Shown in pieces: positions 37,910 to 48,784 of a DNA stretch of 64,000 nt. Made by a program: the position numbers and the translations under genes. The notes below the pieces were generated by a model. It searched no databases and was not told the DNA's origin. It saw only the letters and a list, made by a program, of their open reading frames with translations. Position 1 is the stretch's first letter, and every line of letters starts with the position of its first letter. Where the stretch lies: positions 15,968 through 79,967 of the forward strand of contig CANHGL010000003.1 of assembly GCA_947460245.1 (NCBI GenBank). Reading direction: 5' to 3'. Source of the stretch: Sphingobacteriales bacterium. Its GTDB lineage: Bacteria; Bacteroidota; Bacteroidia; Chitinophagales; JADIYW01.

Positions 37910-40900
37910 ATGAGTAACAAAAAATATTGGACCAGTCTGGATGAATTAAATGAAACTCCTCAATATAAAGAGCAGGCTTCGAAGGAATTCAATTACGAAG
38001 TGGATACTAATGAAGGCGAAGAAAATGGCGGAACTAATCGTCGTGATTTTCTTAAAGCGATGGGATTTAGTGTCTCTGTAGCAGCATTGGCGTCGGCTTG
38101 TAAAATACCTACTAATAAAGCTATACCATATACTATAGATACTAGAAAGGCCGTACCGGAAGTTGTTCCTGGTGTTGCTGATTATTTTGCTTCTACCTTT
38201 TGTGATGGTTGCGACTATGTAAGTGTTTTGGTAAAGACTCGTGAAGGTCGTCCGATAAAGATTGAAGGTAATGCAGATGCTCCACTTACTTTGGGAGGTA
38301 CTTCTGCAAGAGCTCAGGCATCCGTTCTGAATTTATATGATGTTACCAGACTAGCTACACCAACTATTAAAAATAAGAAGTCAGACTGGAAAACGGTAGA
38401 TGCAGAGATAACCAATAAGCTTTCTGCTATCACCCAGAGTGGAGGTAAGATCGCTTTAGTAACAGGTACTATTGCATCTCCAATTACTAAAAAAGCAATA
38501 GAAAAGTTTGTTGCTAAATATCCTTCCACTACCGTGGTGAGTTATGATGCAATTTCTAATTATGCTACCAGAAAGGCCAATCAGATAAGTTTAGGGTCAG
38601 CTATAATCCCATCAATTAATTTCGATAAAGCAGATGTTATCGTTGGCTTTAATGCAGATTTTTTAGGTACAGGTATCTCCAGTATTGAGAATGCTAAGAA
38701 ATACATTGCAACACGTGTGCCTTCTAAGGAGCATCCACAAATGTCGCGTCACCATCAGTTCCAGTCTACTATGTCCATGACCGGAGCTAGTGCTGACTAT
38801 AGATATCCTGTTAATCCTTCAGAAGAGAAACAGGCTTTGATTAATTTATTGGCTGCTATTGGCGGTACGGTAACAGGTGTTAAGTCATTGGCAGATGCTA
38901 AAACTAACGAAGGAATAGCTAAGGTTGCTAAAGAATTATTGGCAACTAAAGGTAAATCAGTGGTGCTATCTGGTACAAATGATTTAGATATTCAATTACT
39001 TGTAAACGCTATTAACGGAATCCTTGGTAATTATGGTAGCACTATTGATACTGCTAATACCTACAATCTTAAATCAGGAAACGACGAAGCATTGGCTACG
39101 CTAGCAAATGATTTGAAGAGTGGTTCCTATAAAGGAATTATACTGTTAGGTTCAAATCCTATATATAATACACCATATTCAGATATTTTTAAAGAGGCTA
39201 TTAAGAAGGCAGAATTATCTGTTTCAACAGCAGACAGAACTGATGAATCAGCTCAATTTTGTCAGTATGTTTGTCCAAATTCAAACTACCTGGAATCTTG
39301 GGATATTATATCTCCAAAGACGGGATGCTATGGATTCGTTCAGCCTACTATAGTTACGCTATTTGATACTCGTCAGGCTCAGGAATCATTAATGTTATGG
39401 GCTGGTGATACCACTCCAATAGGAACATTCGTACAGAGTGAAATAGCTGCACTTACAGGTGGTAGCTATCAGCCTGGCGTTCAGTCAGGATTCTTTAGCA
39501 ATGTTTCATCAGTAGGAGGGCCTAGCGCTAATGTAGCGGCTACTATAGCTGCTGTAAAAACTTCTATAGTTGCCCCAAAAGGCATGGAAGTTTATTTCTA
39601 TGAGAAAGTATCTATAGGTGATGGTGCGCATGCAAATAATCCCTTCTTACAGGAATTACCGGATCCGATTGCAAAAGTAACTTGGGATAATTATGTATGT
39701 ATACCATATTCTTATGCTAAGGAAAAAGGTCTAGATGTTATGCCTGCGGATAAGCGGGTACCGGTTGCAAAAGTTACATTGAATGGAAAGACAATAGAAT
39801 TACCTGTAGTAGTTCAGTTTGGTCAGGCTACTAATACTATCGCTATTGCTTTAGGATATGGAAGAGAAAGAGCAGGACGTGCTGGAGATATGGTTGGAAA
39901 AAATGTTTATTCTTTTGTAAAATCAAATAATGGCATTGCTGCATATACTTTAGATGGTGCTACTCTGGAGCTAACTGATAAAATGTATGAGTTGGGTTTA
40001 AATCAGACCTACCATACATTGATGGAAGATAATAAGCTTCCTGGTAAAAAGTTACGTTACAGAGGAATGGTAGTTAAAGAAACTACCCTAAAAGATTTCC
40101 AGAAGAATGAGAATGCTGGTAACGAAGACAGAGAGAAAATAAAAGAAGAATTACACTCCCTTTATGATGCATATACGCCAAACGATTATTCGCAAGGTCA
40201 TCATTGGGGTATGTCTGTAGATTTAAATGCATGTATTGGTTGCGGAGCTTGTGTTGTAGCGTGTAGTGTTGAAAATAATGTTCCTGTTGTTGGTAGACGT
40301 CAGGTTTACCGAAGCCAGGAAATGCATTGGCTGCGTATAGACAGATATTATAATGGCAATCCAGACAATCCAGATGTTTCTTTCCAGCCAATGATGTGCC
40401 AGCATTGCAACAACGCACCATGTGAAAACGTGTGCCCTGTAAATGCTACCAATCACAGTTCAGATGGATTGAATCAAATGGCCTACAATAGATGTATTGG
40501 TACGAGGTATTGTGCAAACAACTGTCCGTATAAAGTTCGTCGATTTAACTGGCTAGATTATCAAGGAACAGACAGTTTTGGAAAGTTCAATGACGGTAAG
40601 CGTTCATTCACAGACACAGAGGCTCAGTCTTACATGTTTGAAGATCTTACTAGAATGGTATTAAATCCTGATGTAGTTACACGTACACGTGGGGTAATTG
40701 AAAAATGCTCTTTCTGTGTGCAACGTATCCAAGAAGGTAAATTAAATGCTAAAAAAGAAGGTCGTACATTGAAAGATGGAGAAGTAAGAACTGCTTGTCA
40801 GACGGCATGTCCTACTAACGCACTTATATTTGGAGATCAAAATAATAAGGAAAGTGTTTTGGCAAAAACATTCGATAAGAGTGGAAGAAACTATTTCATC

Positions 40901-41002
40901 TTTGAAGAACAACATTTCCTTCCAGCAGTAGGATATCAGGTAAAAGTTAGGAATAAAGCGGAAGAGCCTGTAAGGGGTTTTATCCAAAACGAAGAAATAT
41001 AA
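37910..41002 (+). CDS. actB: Alternative complex III molybdopterin-fold/iron-sulfur subunit
   Basis: Tat motif NRRDFLK with LASAC lipobox; EGRPIKIEGN; 15 Fe-S cysteines (CIGCGACVVAC, CQHC..C..C, CIGTRYCANNC, CSFC..CQTAC). Confidence 0.95.
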   Translation: MSNKKYWTSLDELNETPQYKEQASKEFNYEVDTNEGEENGGTNRRDFLKAMGFSVSVAALASACKIPTNKAIPYTIDTRKAVPEVVPGVADYFASTFCDGCDYVSVLVKTREGRPIKIEGNADAPLTLGGTSARAQASVLNLYDVTRLATPTIKNKKSDWKTVDAEITNKLSAITQSGGKIALVTGTIASPITKKAIEKFVAKYPSTTVVSYDAISNYATRKANQISLGSAIIPSINFDKADVIVGFNADFLGTGISSIENAKKYIATRVPSKEHPQMSRHHQFQSTMSMTGASADYRYPVNPSEEKQALINLLAAIGGTVTGVKSLADAKTNEGIAKVAKELLATKGKSVVLSGTNDLDIQLLVNAINGILGNYGSTIDTANTYNLKSGNDEALATLANDLKSGSYKGIILLGSNPIYNTPYSDIFKEAIKKAELSVSTADRTDESAQFCQYVCPNSNYLESWDIISPKTGCYGFVQPTIVTLFDTRQAQESLMLWAGDTTPIGTFVQSEIAALTGGSYQPGVQSGFFSNVSSVGGPSANVAATIAAVKTSIVAPKGMEVYFYEKVSIGDGAHANNPFLQELPDPIAKVTWDNYVCIPYSYAKEKGLDVMPADKRVPVAKVTLNGKTIELPVVVQFGQATNTIAIALGYGRERAGRAGDMVGKNVYSFVKSNNGIAAYTLDGATLELTDKMYELGLNQTYHTLMEDNKLPGKKLRYRGMVVKETTLKDFQKNENAGNEDREKIKEELHSLYDAYTPNDYSQGHHWGMSVDLNACIGCGACVVACSVENNVPVVGRRQVYRSQEMHWLRIDRYYNGNPDNPDVSFQPMMCQHCNNAPCENVCPVNATNHSSDGLNQMAYNRCIGTRYCANNCPYKVRRFNWLDYQGTDSFGKFNDGKRSFTDTEAQSYMFEDLTRMVLNPDVVTRTRGVIEKCSFCVQRIQEGKLNAKKEGRTLKDGEVRTACQTACPTNALIFGDQNNKESVLAKTFDKSGRNYFIFEEQHFLPAVGYQVKVRNKAEEPVRGFIQNEEI

Positions 41003-41032
41003 TTTAATTAGTAAGTAGTATAACTAAAGTAT

Positions 41033-42472
41033 ATGTCAAGTCATTTTGAATCACCCATTCGGGAACCGTTAATACTAGGTAATAAAACCTATAAAGACGT
41101 TACGAACGATATTGTGAAGTCAACCACAGGAAAAGTACAACCCAAGTGGCTATTCTGGACTTCTATTTCTGCTGTTGTGGCATCTTTTGGTGTTTTTTGT
41201 TTAGCCTGGGAAGTTTGTTTCGGTATCGGAACATGGGGTGCAAATAAGACAGTAGGTTGGGCTTGGGATATTACGAATTTCGTTTGGTGGATTGGTATCG
41301 GTCACGCGGGTACCTTAATCTCTGCTATCTTGTTATTGTTCCGTCAGAAATGGCGTACAGGTGTAAATAGAGCAGCTGAGGCAATGACTATATTCGCCGT
41401 AATTTGCGCGGGTTTATTCCCTATTTTCCACATGGGAAGAGTTTGGGATGCATTTTTCATTTTCCCTTATCCAAATACAAGAGGACCACTTTGGGTGAAC
41501 TTCAATTCTCCATTACTTTGGGACGTATTTGCGATATCAACTTATTTCACAGTATCTCTTCTGTTTTGGTATACAGGTTTAGTTCCTGACTTTGGAACTA
41601 TTCGTGACCAGTCGAAGACACCAGGCAGATGGAAATTTTACAATTTCTTAAGTTTTGGTTGGATTGGTACAGCAAAACATTGGGAACGTTGGGAGTCTTT
41701 ATCTTTAATATTAGCAGGTCTTTCTACTCCTCTAGTACTTTCTGTACATACCATAGTTTCCTTCGACTTTGCTACCTCTGTAGTTCCTGGTTGGCATACA
41801 ACCATCATGCCTCCATACTTCGTAGCGGGTGCGATATTTTCTGGTTTTGCAATGGTACTAACCCTGATGTTAATAGCCAGATCTATTATGGGCTTGGAAG
41901 AGTATATAACATTGGCTCATATTGAGTCTATGAACAAGATTATTTTGCTTACCGGTACAATGGTGGGGATAGCATATCTTACTGAAATTTTTACAGCATG
42001 GTATTCCAGCAATCAGTATGAACAATACGCATTTGCTAACAGAGCTTTTGGACCTTATTGGTGGGCTTATTGGAGTATGATGTTCTGTAATTTAGTTTCT
42101 CCTCAGGTTTTCTGGATAAGAAAATTCAGAAGAAATATTGCGCTCACTTTCGTGATGTCAATTCTAATTAATATTGGTATGTGGTTTGAGCGATTTGTGA
42201 TTATCGTAATATCTCTTCACAGAGACTATCTTCCATCTAGTTGGTTGTATTACTCTCCAACTTGGGTAGAAATAGGAATCTTTGTGGGTACAATGGGAAT
42301 ATTCATGACTTTATTCTTGTCATTCTGTCGCTTCTTCCCAGCAATAGCAATAGCTGAAGTTAAATCTATTCTTAAGATTTCAGGAGATCAGTATAGATCA
42401 AAACAGCTGGAAGAAGTAAAAAGTCAAGAGGTTTATCAAAATACAACTACAACGGCAGGAACCTGGGATTAA
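41033..42472 (+). CDS. actC: Alternative complex III quinol-binding NrfD-type subunit
   Basis: NFVWWIGIGHAGTLIS, RAAEAMT, SPLLWDVFA, WFERF. Confidence 0.96.
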   Translation: MSSHFESPIREPLILGNKTYKDVTNDIVKSTTGKVQPKWLFWTSISAVVASFGVFCLAWEVCFGIGTWGANKTVGWAWDITNFVWWIGIGHAGTLISAILLLFRQKWRTGVNRAAEAMTIFAVICAGLFPIFHMGRVWDAFFIFPYPNTRGPLWVNFNSPLLWDVFAISTYFTVSLLFWYTGLVPDFGTIRDQSKTPGRWKFYNFLSFGWIGTAKHWERWESLSLILAGLSTPLVLSVHTIVSFDFATSVVPGWHTTIMPPYFVAGAIFSGFAMVLTLMLIARSIMGLEEYITLAHIESMNKIILLTGTMVGIAYLTEIFTAWYSSNQYEQYAFANRAFGPYWWAYWSMMFCNLVSPQVFWIRKFRRNIALTFVMSILINIGMWFERFVIIVISLHRDYLPSSWLYYSPTWVEIGIFVGTMGIFMTLFLSFCRFFPAIAIAEVKSILKISGDQYRSKQLEEVKSQEVYQNTTTTAGTWD

Positions 42473-42496
42473 TAAAATACTCTATATCTTCAAAAT

Positions 42497-43027
42497 ATGA
42501 GCGATACAAAAAAATACTTAGTAGGAATTTTCGATGACGATGATGTCTTATTGCATGCAGTTAAAGACATTCGCGGTGCAGGTTATGAGATTTCAGACGC
42601 ATACACACCTTTTCCTGTTCATGGTTTAGAGCATGAGTTAGGTTTGGAGCCTACGCGTTTGCATACCGCAGGATTCTTTTTTGGGGCAACCGGACTTACG
42701 GTAGCACTTAGTATGATTACCTTTATTAATAAGTTTAACTATCCTACCAATGTGGGAGGTAAGCCATTTTTTGGCTTGTTAGCTTATATTCCAATTGTCT
42801 TTGAGCATACCGTGCTTTTTTCAGCTATTGGTATGACCGTTTCCTTTTACTATTTGTGTAAGCTGTGGCCTGGTAAGAAGCCAAAAATTATAGATGAGCG
42901 CACTACGGATCATTTATTTGCTTTAACATTTGAATTGGATAATAGCAAAACTTCTGCTTATGTATCAGAGGTAAGTGATTTATTAAAAAAAGAAGGTGCA
43001 ATAGAAGTTTATCAAAAAGAAGTATAA
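42497..43027 (+). CDS. actD: Alternative complex III DUF3341 subunit
   Basis: YTPFPVHG, VGGKP, two TM helices. Confidence 0.93.
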   Translation: MSDTKKYLVGIFDDDDVLLHAVKDIRGAGYEISDAYTPFPVHGLEHELGLEPTRLHTAGFFFGATGLTVALSMITFINKFNYPTNVGGKPFFGLLAYIPIVFEHTVLFSAIGMTVSFYYLCKLWPGKKPKIIDERTTDHLFALTFELDNSKTSAYVSEVSDLLKKEGAIEVYQKEV

Positions 43028-43028
43028 C

Positions 43029-43619
43029 ATGTTGAATAAAGATAAAATTATAATAATTGCTTTGGTGTTAGGCTGTATATCCTGCATTAGAGATCCTAAG
43101 CAACCTGGAAGATGGTACATGCCGGATATGGCAAAATCTGTTGCCTATGACGCGGGTTCTTCAAATCCAATATTTAAGGATGGAAAATCTGACCAATTAG
43201 CTCCTGATGGGAGTGTAGGTAGAGGAAAGTATCTTTATCCTCTTGCTGAATCTGAATATGAAAAATCAGCAACGTTTATCAAAGATCCATTTGTATTTAC
43301 AAAAGAAGAAATAGAAGGGGAAGGGAAGCATCTTTTTACGGTAAATTGTGCTATCTGTCATGGAGAAAAAGGCGATGGTCAGGGATATCTGGTTCAAATA
43401 CAGAAATTTCCTCCTCCTCCGTCTTACCTAACAGAACCTTTGCTGTCTAAACCTGAGGGACAGCGTTATCATACATTGATGTACGGTAAGAATATGATGG
43501 GTTCTTATGCCAGTCAACTAGACCACAGAGAAAGATGGTTGGTATTAAATTATGTAAAGTCTTTACAAGGTGCTTCTATGTCGTCTGCTGTAAAGATGGA
43601 TAGTACTAAAACAAAATAA
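43029..43619 (+). CDS. actE: Alternative complex III monoheme cytochrome c lipoprotein
   Basis: CISC lipobox, YMPDM, CAICHG, MGSYASQL. Confidence 0.93.
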   Translation: MLNKDKIIIIALVLGCISCIRDPKQPGRWYMPDMAKSVAYDAGSSNPIFKDGKSDQLAPDGSVGRGKYLYPLAESEYEKSATFIKDPFVFTKEEIEGEGKHLFTVNCAICHGEKGDGQGYLVQIQKFPPPPSYLTEPLLSKPEGQRYHTLMYGKNMMGSYASQLDHRERWLVLNYVKSLQGASMSSAVKMDSTKTK

Positions 43620-43639
43620 TAATTAAACAGATTCTCGCA

Positions 43640-44956
43640 ATGAATACATACGTTTTTGATTCGGGCACACAGAAAAAACTTTTCATAACTTTTGGGATAG
43701 GTCTGTTGCTTTTATTTTTAGGAGTGTTCTTCTTTAACGACGGTTCGGCTTCTGCTGAAATGCATGGCGCAGCTCATGAAGCAGTTTCAAAGGTGCAGGA
43801 ACATGCATCTGCGAATACTACAGAAGCTCATGCGGCACCAACACATGAAGAAAAACATGCAACAGTAGGTCTAGCAGTTATAGCTAATATTTATAATGCA
43901 TTCTATTTCGGATTTTATATAGCACTAGCTGCTATGTTTTTTCTTGCTGCAACTACAATAGCTTGGGGCGGTTGGCAGATTCAGATTCAGAAAATACCTT
44001 TGGCAATGGCCATGAATATTATTCTTTTTCTTGGGCTTTTATTAGTGATGTTTATATTCTTCAGACATGATATTTTTGAATGGACTCATGAGTATTTATA
44101 TGACCCGAAAGATCCACGTTTTGATAAGATTTTAGCAGATAAGCACGATTTTCTTAATATGGGAACGTTCTGGACATTCTTTGTAATCATTGCAGGGATT
44201 TCTATAACATTGGTTGCTTACTGGTGGAGTACTTTAACAACCTTAGATGAGCAGCCATCTATGAAGTTGTTCTCTAAAAGCAGAGCAATAGCTGCCATCA
44301 CTATTGTGATAACAGCATTTGTGATTAATACATTTGCGACGTGGTTATGGTCAATGTCTATTCAGCCACATTGGTACAGTACAATGTATACTTGGAATAC
44401 TATGGCAGGTGCTGTTGTAACGATGTTGTCATTGTTGATTCTTCTGATCTTTTTCTTAAAGAGTAAAGGGTATTTACCAAACGTAAATGAAAACCATGAG
44501 CATGATGTTGCAAAATTGATGTTTGCAATAAGTGTATTTTGGACATATACCTGGTTTGCGCAATATATGCTTATATGGTATGCGAATATTCCCGAAGAGA
44601 CACAGTTTTTCAGGGTAAGAAGGACCATGGATAATTATGGTTTTTTATTCCACTTTACTTTCTTCTGTAACTTCATTCTTCCTTTCTTCATTTTAATGAA
44701 AAGAGGTTCAAAAAGAAACAAGACAGCAGTTATAGTAGCAGCTACAATCATAATTTTCGGTCAGTTCTCCTGGTTTTTCCTAATGAATTGTCCGGCATTA
44801 CTTCCAAAAGGTGGTTTTGGTCTTATCAGTATTGGATCATTGTTGATGATAATAAGTGTATTTATATTTGTTACATTGAAAATGTTGTCAAGAGTTAAAG
44901 ATCTTGCATCTACTACGCATCCTTATGTAAAAGAAAGTTATCAATTTAAAATTTAA
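43640..44956 (+). CDS. actF: Alternative complex III membrane subunit
   Basis: MSIQPHWYSTM, FAQYMLIWYANIPEE; multiple TM helices. Confidence 0.93.
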   Translation: MNTYVFDSGTQKKLFITFGIGLLLLFLGVFFFNDGSASAEMHGAAHEAVSKVQEHASANTTEAHAAPTHEEKHATVGLAVIANIYNAFYFGFYIALAAMFFLAATTIAWGGWQIQIQKIPLAMAMNIILFLGLLLVMFIFFRHDIFEWTHEYLYDPKDPRFDKILADKHDFLNMGTFWTFFVIIAGISITLVAYWWSTLTTLDEQPSMKLFSKSRAIAAITIVITAFVINTFATWLWSMSIQPHWYSTMYTWNTMAGAVVTMLSLLILLIFFLKSKGYLPNVNENHEHDVAKLMFAISVFWTYTWFAQYMLIWYANIPEETQFFRVRRTMDNYGFLFHFTFFCNFILPFFILMKRGSKRNKTAVIVAATIIIFGQFSWFFLMNCPALLPKGGFGLISIGSLLMIISVFIFVTLKMLSRVKDLASTTHPYVKESYQFKI

Positions 44957-44962
44957 TCAGAC

Positions 44963-46006
44963 ATGTCAATCATATTAGGCTTATTAACATTGGTGTTGTT
45001 GTTTATTGTAATTCTACAAATAAGCAAGGCATCTGATTTGATAAAAACACTCCGTTTCGGAGATCGTCAGGAGGAATCTTTCGGAAATAATGCTATATTT
45101 TTATCAGTAATTGGTTTTGGTATACTTATATTTTCGATAGTTACATGTTTTACATACGCTGATACCTTATTGCCACGGTCTGCATCTGAACAAGGGGAGT
45201 GGATACAATGGTTAATTGACATAACACTGGTGCTTACTGCTATAGTATTTGTTGTAACTCAAGCACTCTTGTTTTGGTTTGTATATAAATACCATTACAG
45301 AAAAGGCAGAAAAGCATATTTTTTTGCAGATAATAATAAACTAGAGGTAGCCTGGACAGTGGTTCCTGCAATCGTACTTACTTTTTTGATTGGCTTTGGT
45401 CTTCAGAAATGGTTTAAGATTTTTTCTCCTACACCAAAGGATGCTATAGTTATAGAAGTTATAGGAAAACAATTTGCGTGGACTATACGTTATACTGGTC
45501 AGGACAAGAAGTTGGGTTCTAGAGATTTTACATTGGTAAATGGTGATAACGAATTGGGCATAAATTGGAAAGATACTACTAGTCATGACGACTTTTTTGC
45601 GGATGAAATTGTACTTCCCGTGAATACGCCTATTTCTGTTAATATAGGAGCGCTGGATGTTATTCATGATTTCTATTTACCGCATTTCAGGTTGATGATG
45701 GATGCTGTTCCGGGTATACCTACACATCTTTGGTTTCGTCCTATTGTTACTACTGAGGAGATGCGTAAAATCGTAAAAGATCCAAAGTTTGATTATGTAT
45801 TGGCTTGCAACAAACTTTGTGGTTCTGGACATTATAATATGCAGAAGAAGGTGCGTGTAGTTTCTATGGCTGAATATAAAAAGTGGGAGCGTGAACAAAA
45901 GTCTTACTATTCTACAGTGGTGCAAACTGCAGTATCTGATAGTTCCGCAAAAAAATCAGACGTAGCTCCATTGGCTAGTTCCACTGTGGCTGAAATGAAT
46001 AAATAA
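44963..46006 (+). CDS. coxB: Cytochrome c oxidase subunit II
   Basis: LEVAWTVVP, DVIH, CNKLCGSGHYNM CuA site. Confidence 0.96.
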   Translation: MSIILGLLTLVLLFIVILQISKASDLIKTLRFGDRQEESFGNNAIFLSVIGFGILIFSIVTCFTYADTLLPRSASEQGEWIQWLIDITLVLTAIVFVVTQALLFWFVYKYHYRKGRKAYFFADNNKLEVAWTVVPAIVLTFLIGFGLQKWFKIFSPTPKDAIVIEVIGKQFAWTIRYTGQDKKLGSRDFTLVNGDNELGINWKDTTSHDDFFADEIVLPVNTPISVNIGALDVIHDFYLPHFRLMMDAVPGIPTHLWFRPIVTTEEMRKIVKDPKFDYVLACNKLCGSGHYNMQKKVRVVSMAEYKKWEREQKSYYSTVVQTAVSDSSAKKSDVAPLASSTVAEMNK

Positions 46007-46035
46007 TAATACTAAAAAGGATTAAACCCAAATAT

Positions 46036-47859
46036 ATGCAAACGACAACAGTAACTGAACCGCATGTAAAAGAACATAGTCAAGCTGCACATGCAGATGC
46101 TCATCATCATACAGAGACATTTATTTCAAAATACATATTCAGTTTAGATCATAAGACTATCGGAAAACAGTTTTTATTTCTTGGTATGGCTTGGGCTGTA
46201 ATCGGAGGTTTGATGTCTGTGGTTTTTCGTATTCAATTGGGATGGCCTGATGAAACTTTTCCTTGGTTAGAAAAAATATTTGCAGCTTGGTTTACAGATG
46301 GTAAATTAAATCCTGAAGCCTATTATTCTTTGGTTACTATGCATGGTACCATAATGGTATTTTTCGTTTTAACGGCGAGTTTGAGTGGAACATTTGCGAA
46401 TATCCTTATTCCACTTCAGATAGGTGCTCGTGATATGGCATCTCCACTTATGAATGCTATTTCTTTCTGGTTATTCTTTTTAGCTAGTGTTGTAATGTTC
46501 TCTTCCATCTTCTTGCCTACAGGTGCTGCCTCAGCAGGATGGACAATTTATCCGCCTTTGAGTGCATTGCCTCAGGCCTCTCCAGGATCTGGAATGGGTA
46601 TGACCATGTGGTTAATTGCTATGGTAATATTTATTGGTTCTACACTAGTGGGCGGTTTGAATTATGTGTCTACCGTTCTGAACCTTCGTACCAGAGGTAT
46701 GTCTATGTTTAGAATGCCACTTACTGTTTGGGCATTGTTCTTTACCGCTATTATTGGTATACTTTCTTTCCCTGTATTGGTTTCTTGTTGTGTATTATTG
46801 ATTTTCGATAGAGGGCTTGGAACAAGTTTTTATTTATCTAATATTGTAATTGGTGGCAAGGCGCTTCCATTTGCAGGAGGTTCTCCTATTTTATTTCAGC
46901 ATTTATTTTGGTTCTTGGGACACCCTGAAGTTTACATCGTAATTCTTCCAGCTATGGGTATGGTATCTGAAATCCTAGCGGTTCATTCACGTAAACCTAT
47001 ATTTGGTTACAAGGCGATGATTTTCTCCATACTGGGTATTACTGTTCTAGGTTTCATTGTTTGGGCTCACCACATGTATGTTACTGGTATGAATCCATTC
47101 ATCGGTTCCATATTTGTTTTATTTACTTTATTGATAGCAATTCCTTCTGCGGTAAAAGTATTTAATTGGCTAACTACCTTATGGAGAGGAAATATTAGAG
47201 TCAATCCTCCGTCTATGTTTGCAGTTGGATTTGTTTCCATGTTTATTTCAGGTGGATTAACAGGTATCTGGTTGGGTAACGCTACTATAGATATTCAATT
47301 ACATGATACCTATTTCGTTGTAGCACACTTCCATATTGTAATGGGTATTGCTGCATTCTTCGGTATGTTTGCAGGTATATACCATTGGTTTCCGCGTATG
47401 TTTGGAAGAATGATGAACGACACTATGGCGTATATTCACTTTGCGATTACGTTTATTGGTGCCTATTTAATCTTCTGGCCAATGCACTTCTTAGGCTTGG
47501 CTGGAGTTCCTAGAAGATATTATACATTTAATGAATTTGCTGCATTTTCTCAATATGCTACCTTAAATAAGGTGATTACTATTGCTGCTATTGTTGTTTT
47601 CCTTGGACAGTTGATTTTTGTGGTGAATTTCATATACAGCATATTTAAAGGAAGAAAGTCAGTTCAAAATCCTTGGGAGGCTAATACGTTAGAATGGACA
47701 TCTCCTATTGAAGGTGTTCATGGTAACTGGAATGGGGATCTTCCAGAAGTACACCGTTGGCCTTATGATTATAGCAGAAATCCAAATAGTGATGTAGACT
47801 TTATTCCTCAGAATGTTCCATTGACTGAAGAAGAAAAGAAAGATTATGTTCATCATTAA
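46036..47859 (+). CDS. coxA: Cytochrome c oxidase subunit I, A1 type
   Basis: DHK.IG, TMHG, WFLGHPEVY, WAHH, HDTYFVVAHFH, PRRY. Confidence 0.98.
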   Translation: MQTTTVTEPHVKEHSQAAHADAHHHTETFISKYIFSLDHKTIGKQFLFLGMAWAVIGGLMSVVFRIQLGWPDETFPWLEKIFAAWFTDGKLNPEAYYSLVTMHGTIMVFFVLTASLSGTFANILIPLQIGARDMASPLMNAISFWLFFLASVVMFSSIFLPTGAASAGWTIYPPLSALPQASPGSGMGMTMWLIAMVIFIGSTLVGGLNYVSTVLNLRTRGMSMFRMPLTVWALFFTAIIGILSFPVLVSCCVLLIFDRGLGTSFYLSNIVIGGKALPFAGGSPILFQHLFWFLGHPEVYIVILPAMGMVSEILAVHSRKPIFGYKAMIFSILGITVLGFIVWAHHMYVTGMNPFIGSIFVLFTLLIAIPSAVKVFNWLTTLWRGNIRVNPPSMFAVGFVSMFISGGLTGIWLGNATIDIQLHDTYFVVAHFHIVMGIAAFFGMFAGIYHWFPRMFGRMMNDTMAYIHFAITFIGAYLIFWPMHFLGLAGVPRRYYTFNEFAAFSQYATLNKVITIAAIVVFLGQLIFVVNFIYSIFKGRKSVQNPWEANTLEWTSPIEGVHGNWNGDLPEVHRWPYDYSRNPNSDVDFIPQNVPLTEEEKKDYVHH

Positions 47860-47873
47860 TACATGATATCTTA

Positions 47874-48782
47874 GTGAAGAGTTCAGCTATAAATATTAAT
47901 AAGCCAACATTTGGTAAGGCACTTTCACTGAAGTTGAAGGATGTAATGGAATTGACAAAATTCAGATTATCCTTCTTAGTGGTTTTCTCTGCTGTGATGG
48001 CTTATCTTTTGGCTATACAAACTTCCTCTGTTGATTTCTTAAAGATTTTATTTTTATCGTTGGGAGGTTTCCTAATAACAGCATCTTCCAATACAATAAA
48101 TCAGATTATTGAAAAAGATTCTGACAAGTTGATGGATAGAACTAAAAATCGTCCATTAGCTTCAGGCAGAATGAAATCTATGGAGGCTTGTCTTATTGCA
48201 GGACTAAGTGGGGTTTTAGGGATTTTTATACTAAGTATTTTTTTCAATACTATAAGTGGTTTATTAGGTGCACTTGCGCTTATCTCTTATGCATTTATAT
48301 ATACACCATTCAAGAAAATTAGTCCAACAGCAGTTTTTATAGGAGCTATACCTGGATCTATGCCTCTGCTTATCGGATGGACTGCAGCGACAGGAAGTAT
48401 AGGAATTGGGGGGTTGGTTTTATTTGCAATCCAGTTCTTTTGGCAAATTCCGCATTTCTGGGCTATTGCTTGGTTATTAAATGATGATTATAAAAAAGGT
48501 GGGTATGCATTGTTACCGGGAGCGGAGGGAAAAACTAGAAGTGTAGCACTTCAAAATATACCTTATCTTTTAGGTCTTATAGGTGTTAGTGTATTGCCTT
48601 ATGTATTAGGTATTTCGGGAAAGCTATCGCTTGCTGTTTCTTTGATAGCAGGGCTCTTCTTTTTAATCCAAGGGATTCAGTTAGCTACAGATCTTACCGA
48701 CAAAAGTGCAAGAAAATTAATGTTTGCATCTTTTGGGTATATTCCGGTAGTATTTATTTCACTAGTACTAGATAGAATTTAA
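47874..48782 (+). CDS. cyoE: Protoheme IX farnesyltransferase
   Basis: D..MDRTKNRPL, YTPFKK, WQIPHF. Confidence 0.96.
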   Translation: MKSSAININKPTFGKALSLKLKDVMELTKFRLSFLVVFSAVMAYLLAIQTSSVDFLKILFLSLGGFLITASSNTINQIIEKDSDKLMDRTKNRPLASGRMKSMEACLIAGLSGVLGIFILSIFFNTISGLLGALALISYAFIYTPFKKISPTAVFIGAIPGSMPLLIGWTAATGSIGIGGLVLFAIQFFWQIPHFWAIAWLLNDDYKKGGYALLPGAEGKTRSVALQNIPYLLGLIGVSVLPYVLGISGKLSLAVSLIAGLFFLIQGIQLATDLTDKSARKLMFASFGYIPVVFISLVLDRI

Positions 48783-48784
48783 AA

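Noticed and set aside
37910-41002. Active molybdopterin oxidoreductase
   Set aside because: Context and motifs identify ActB, whose molybdopterin-like fold is known to lack the cofactor.
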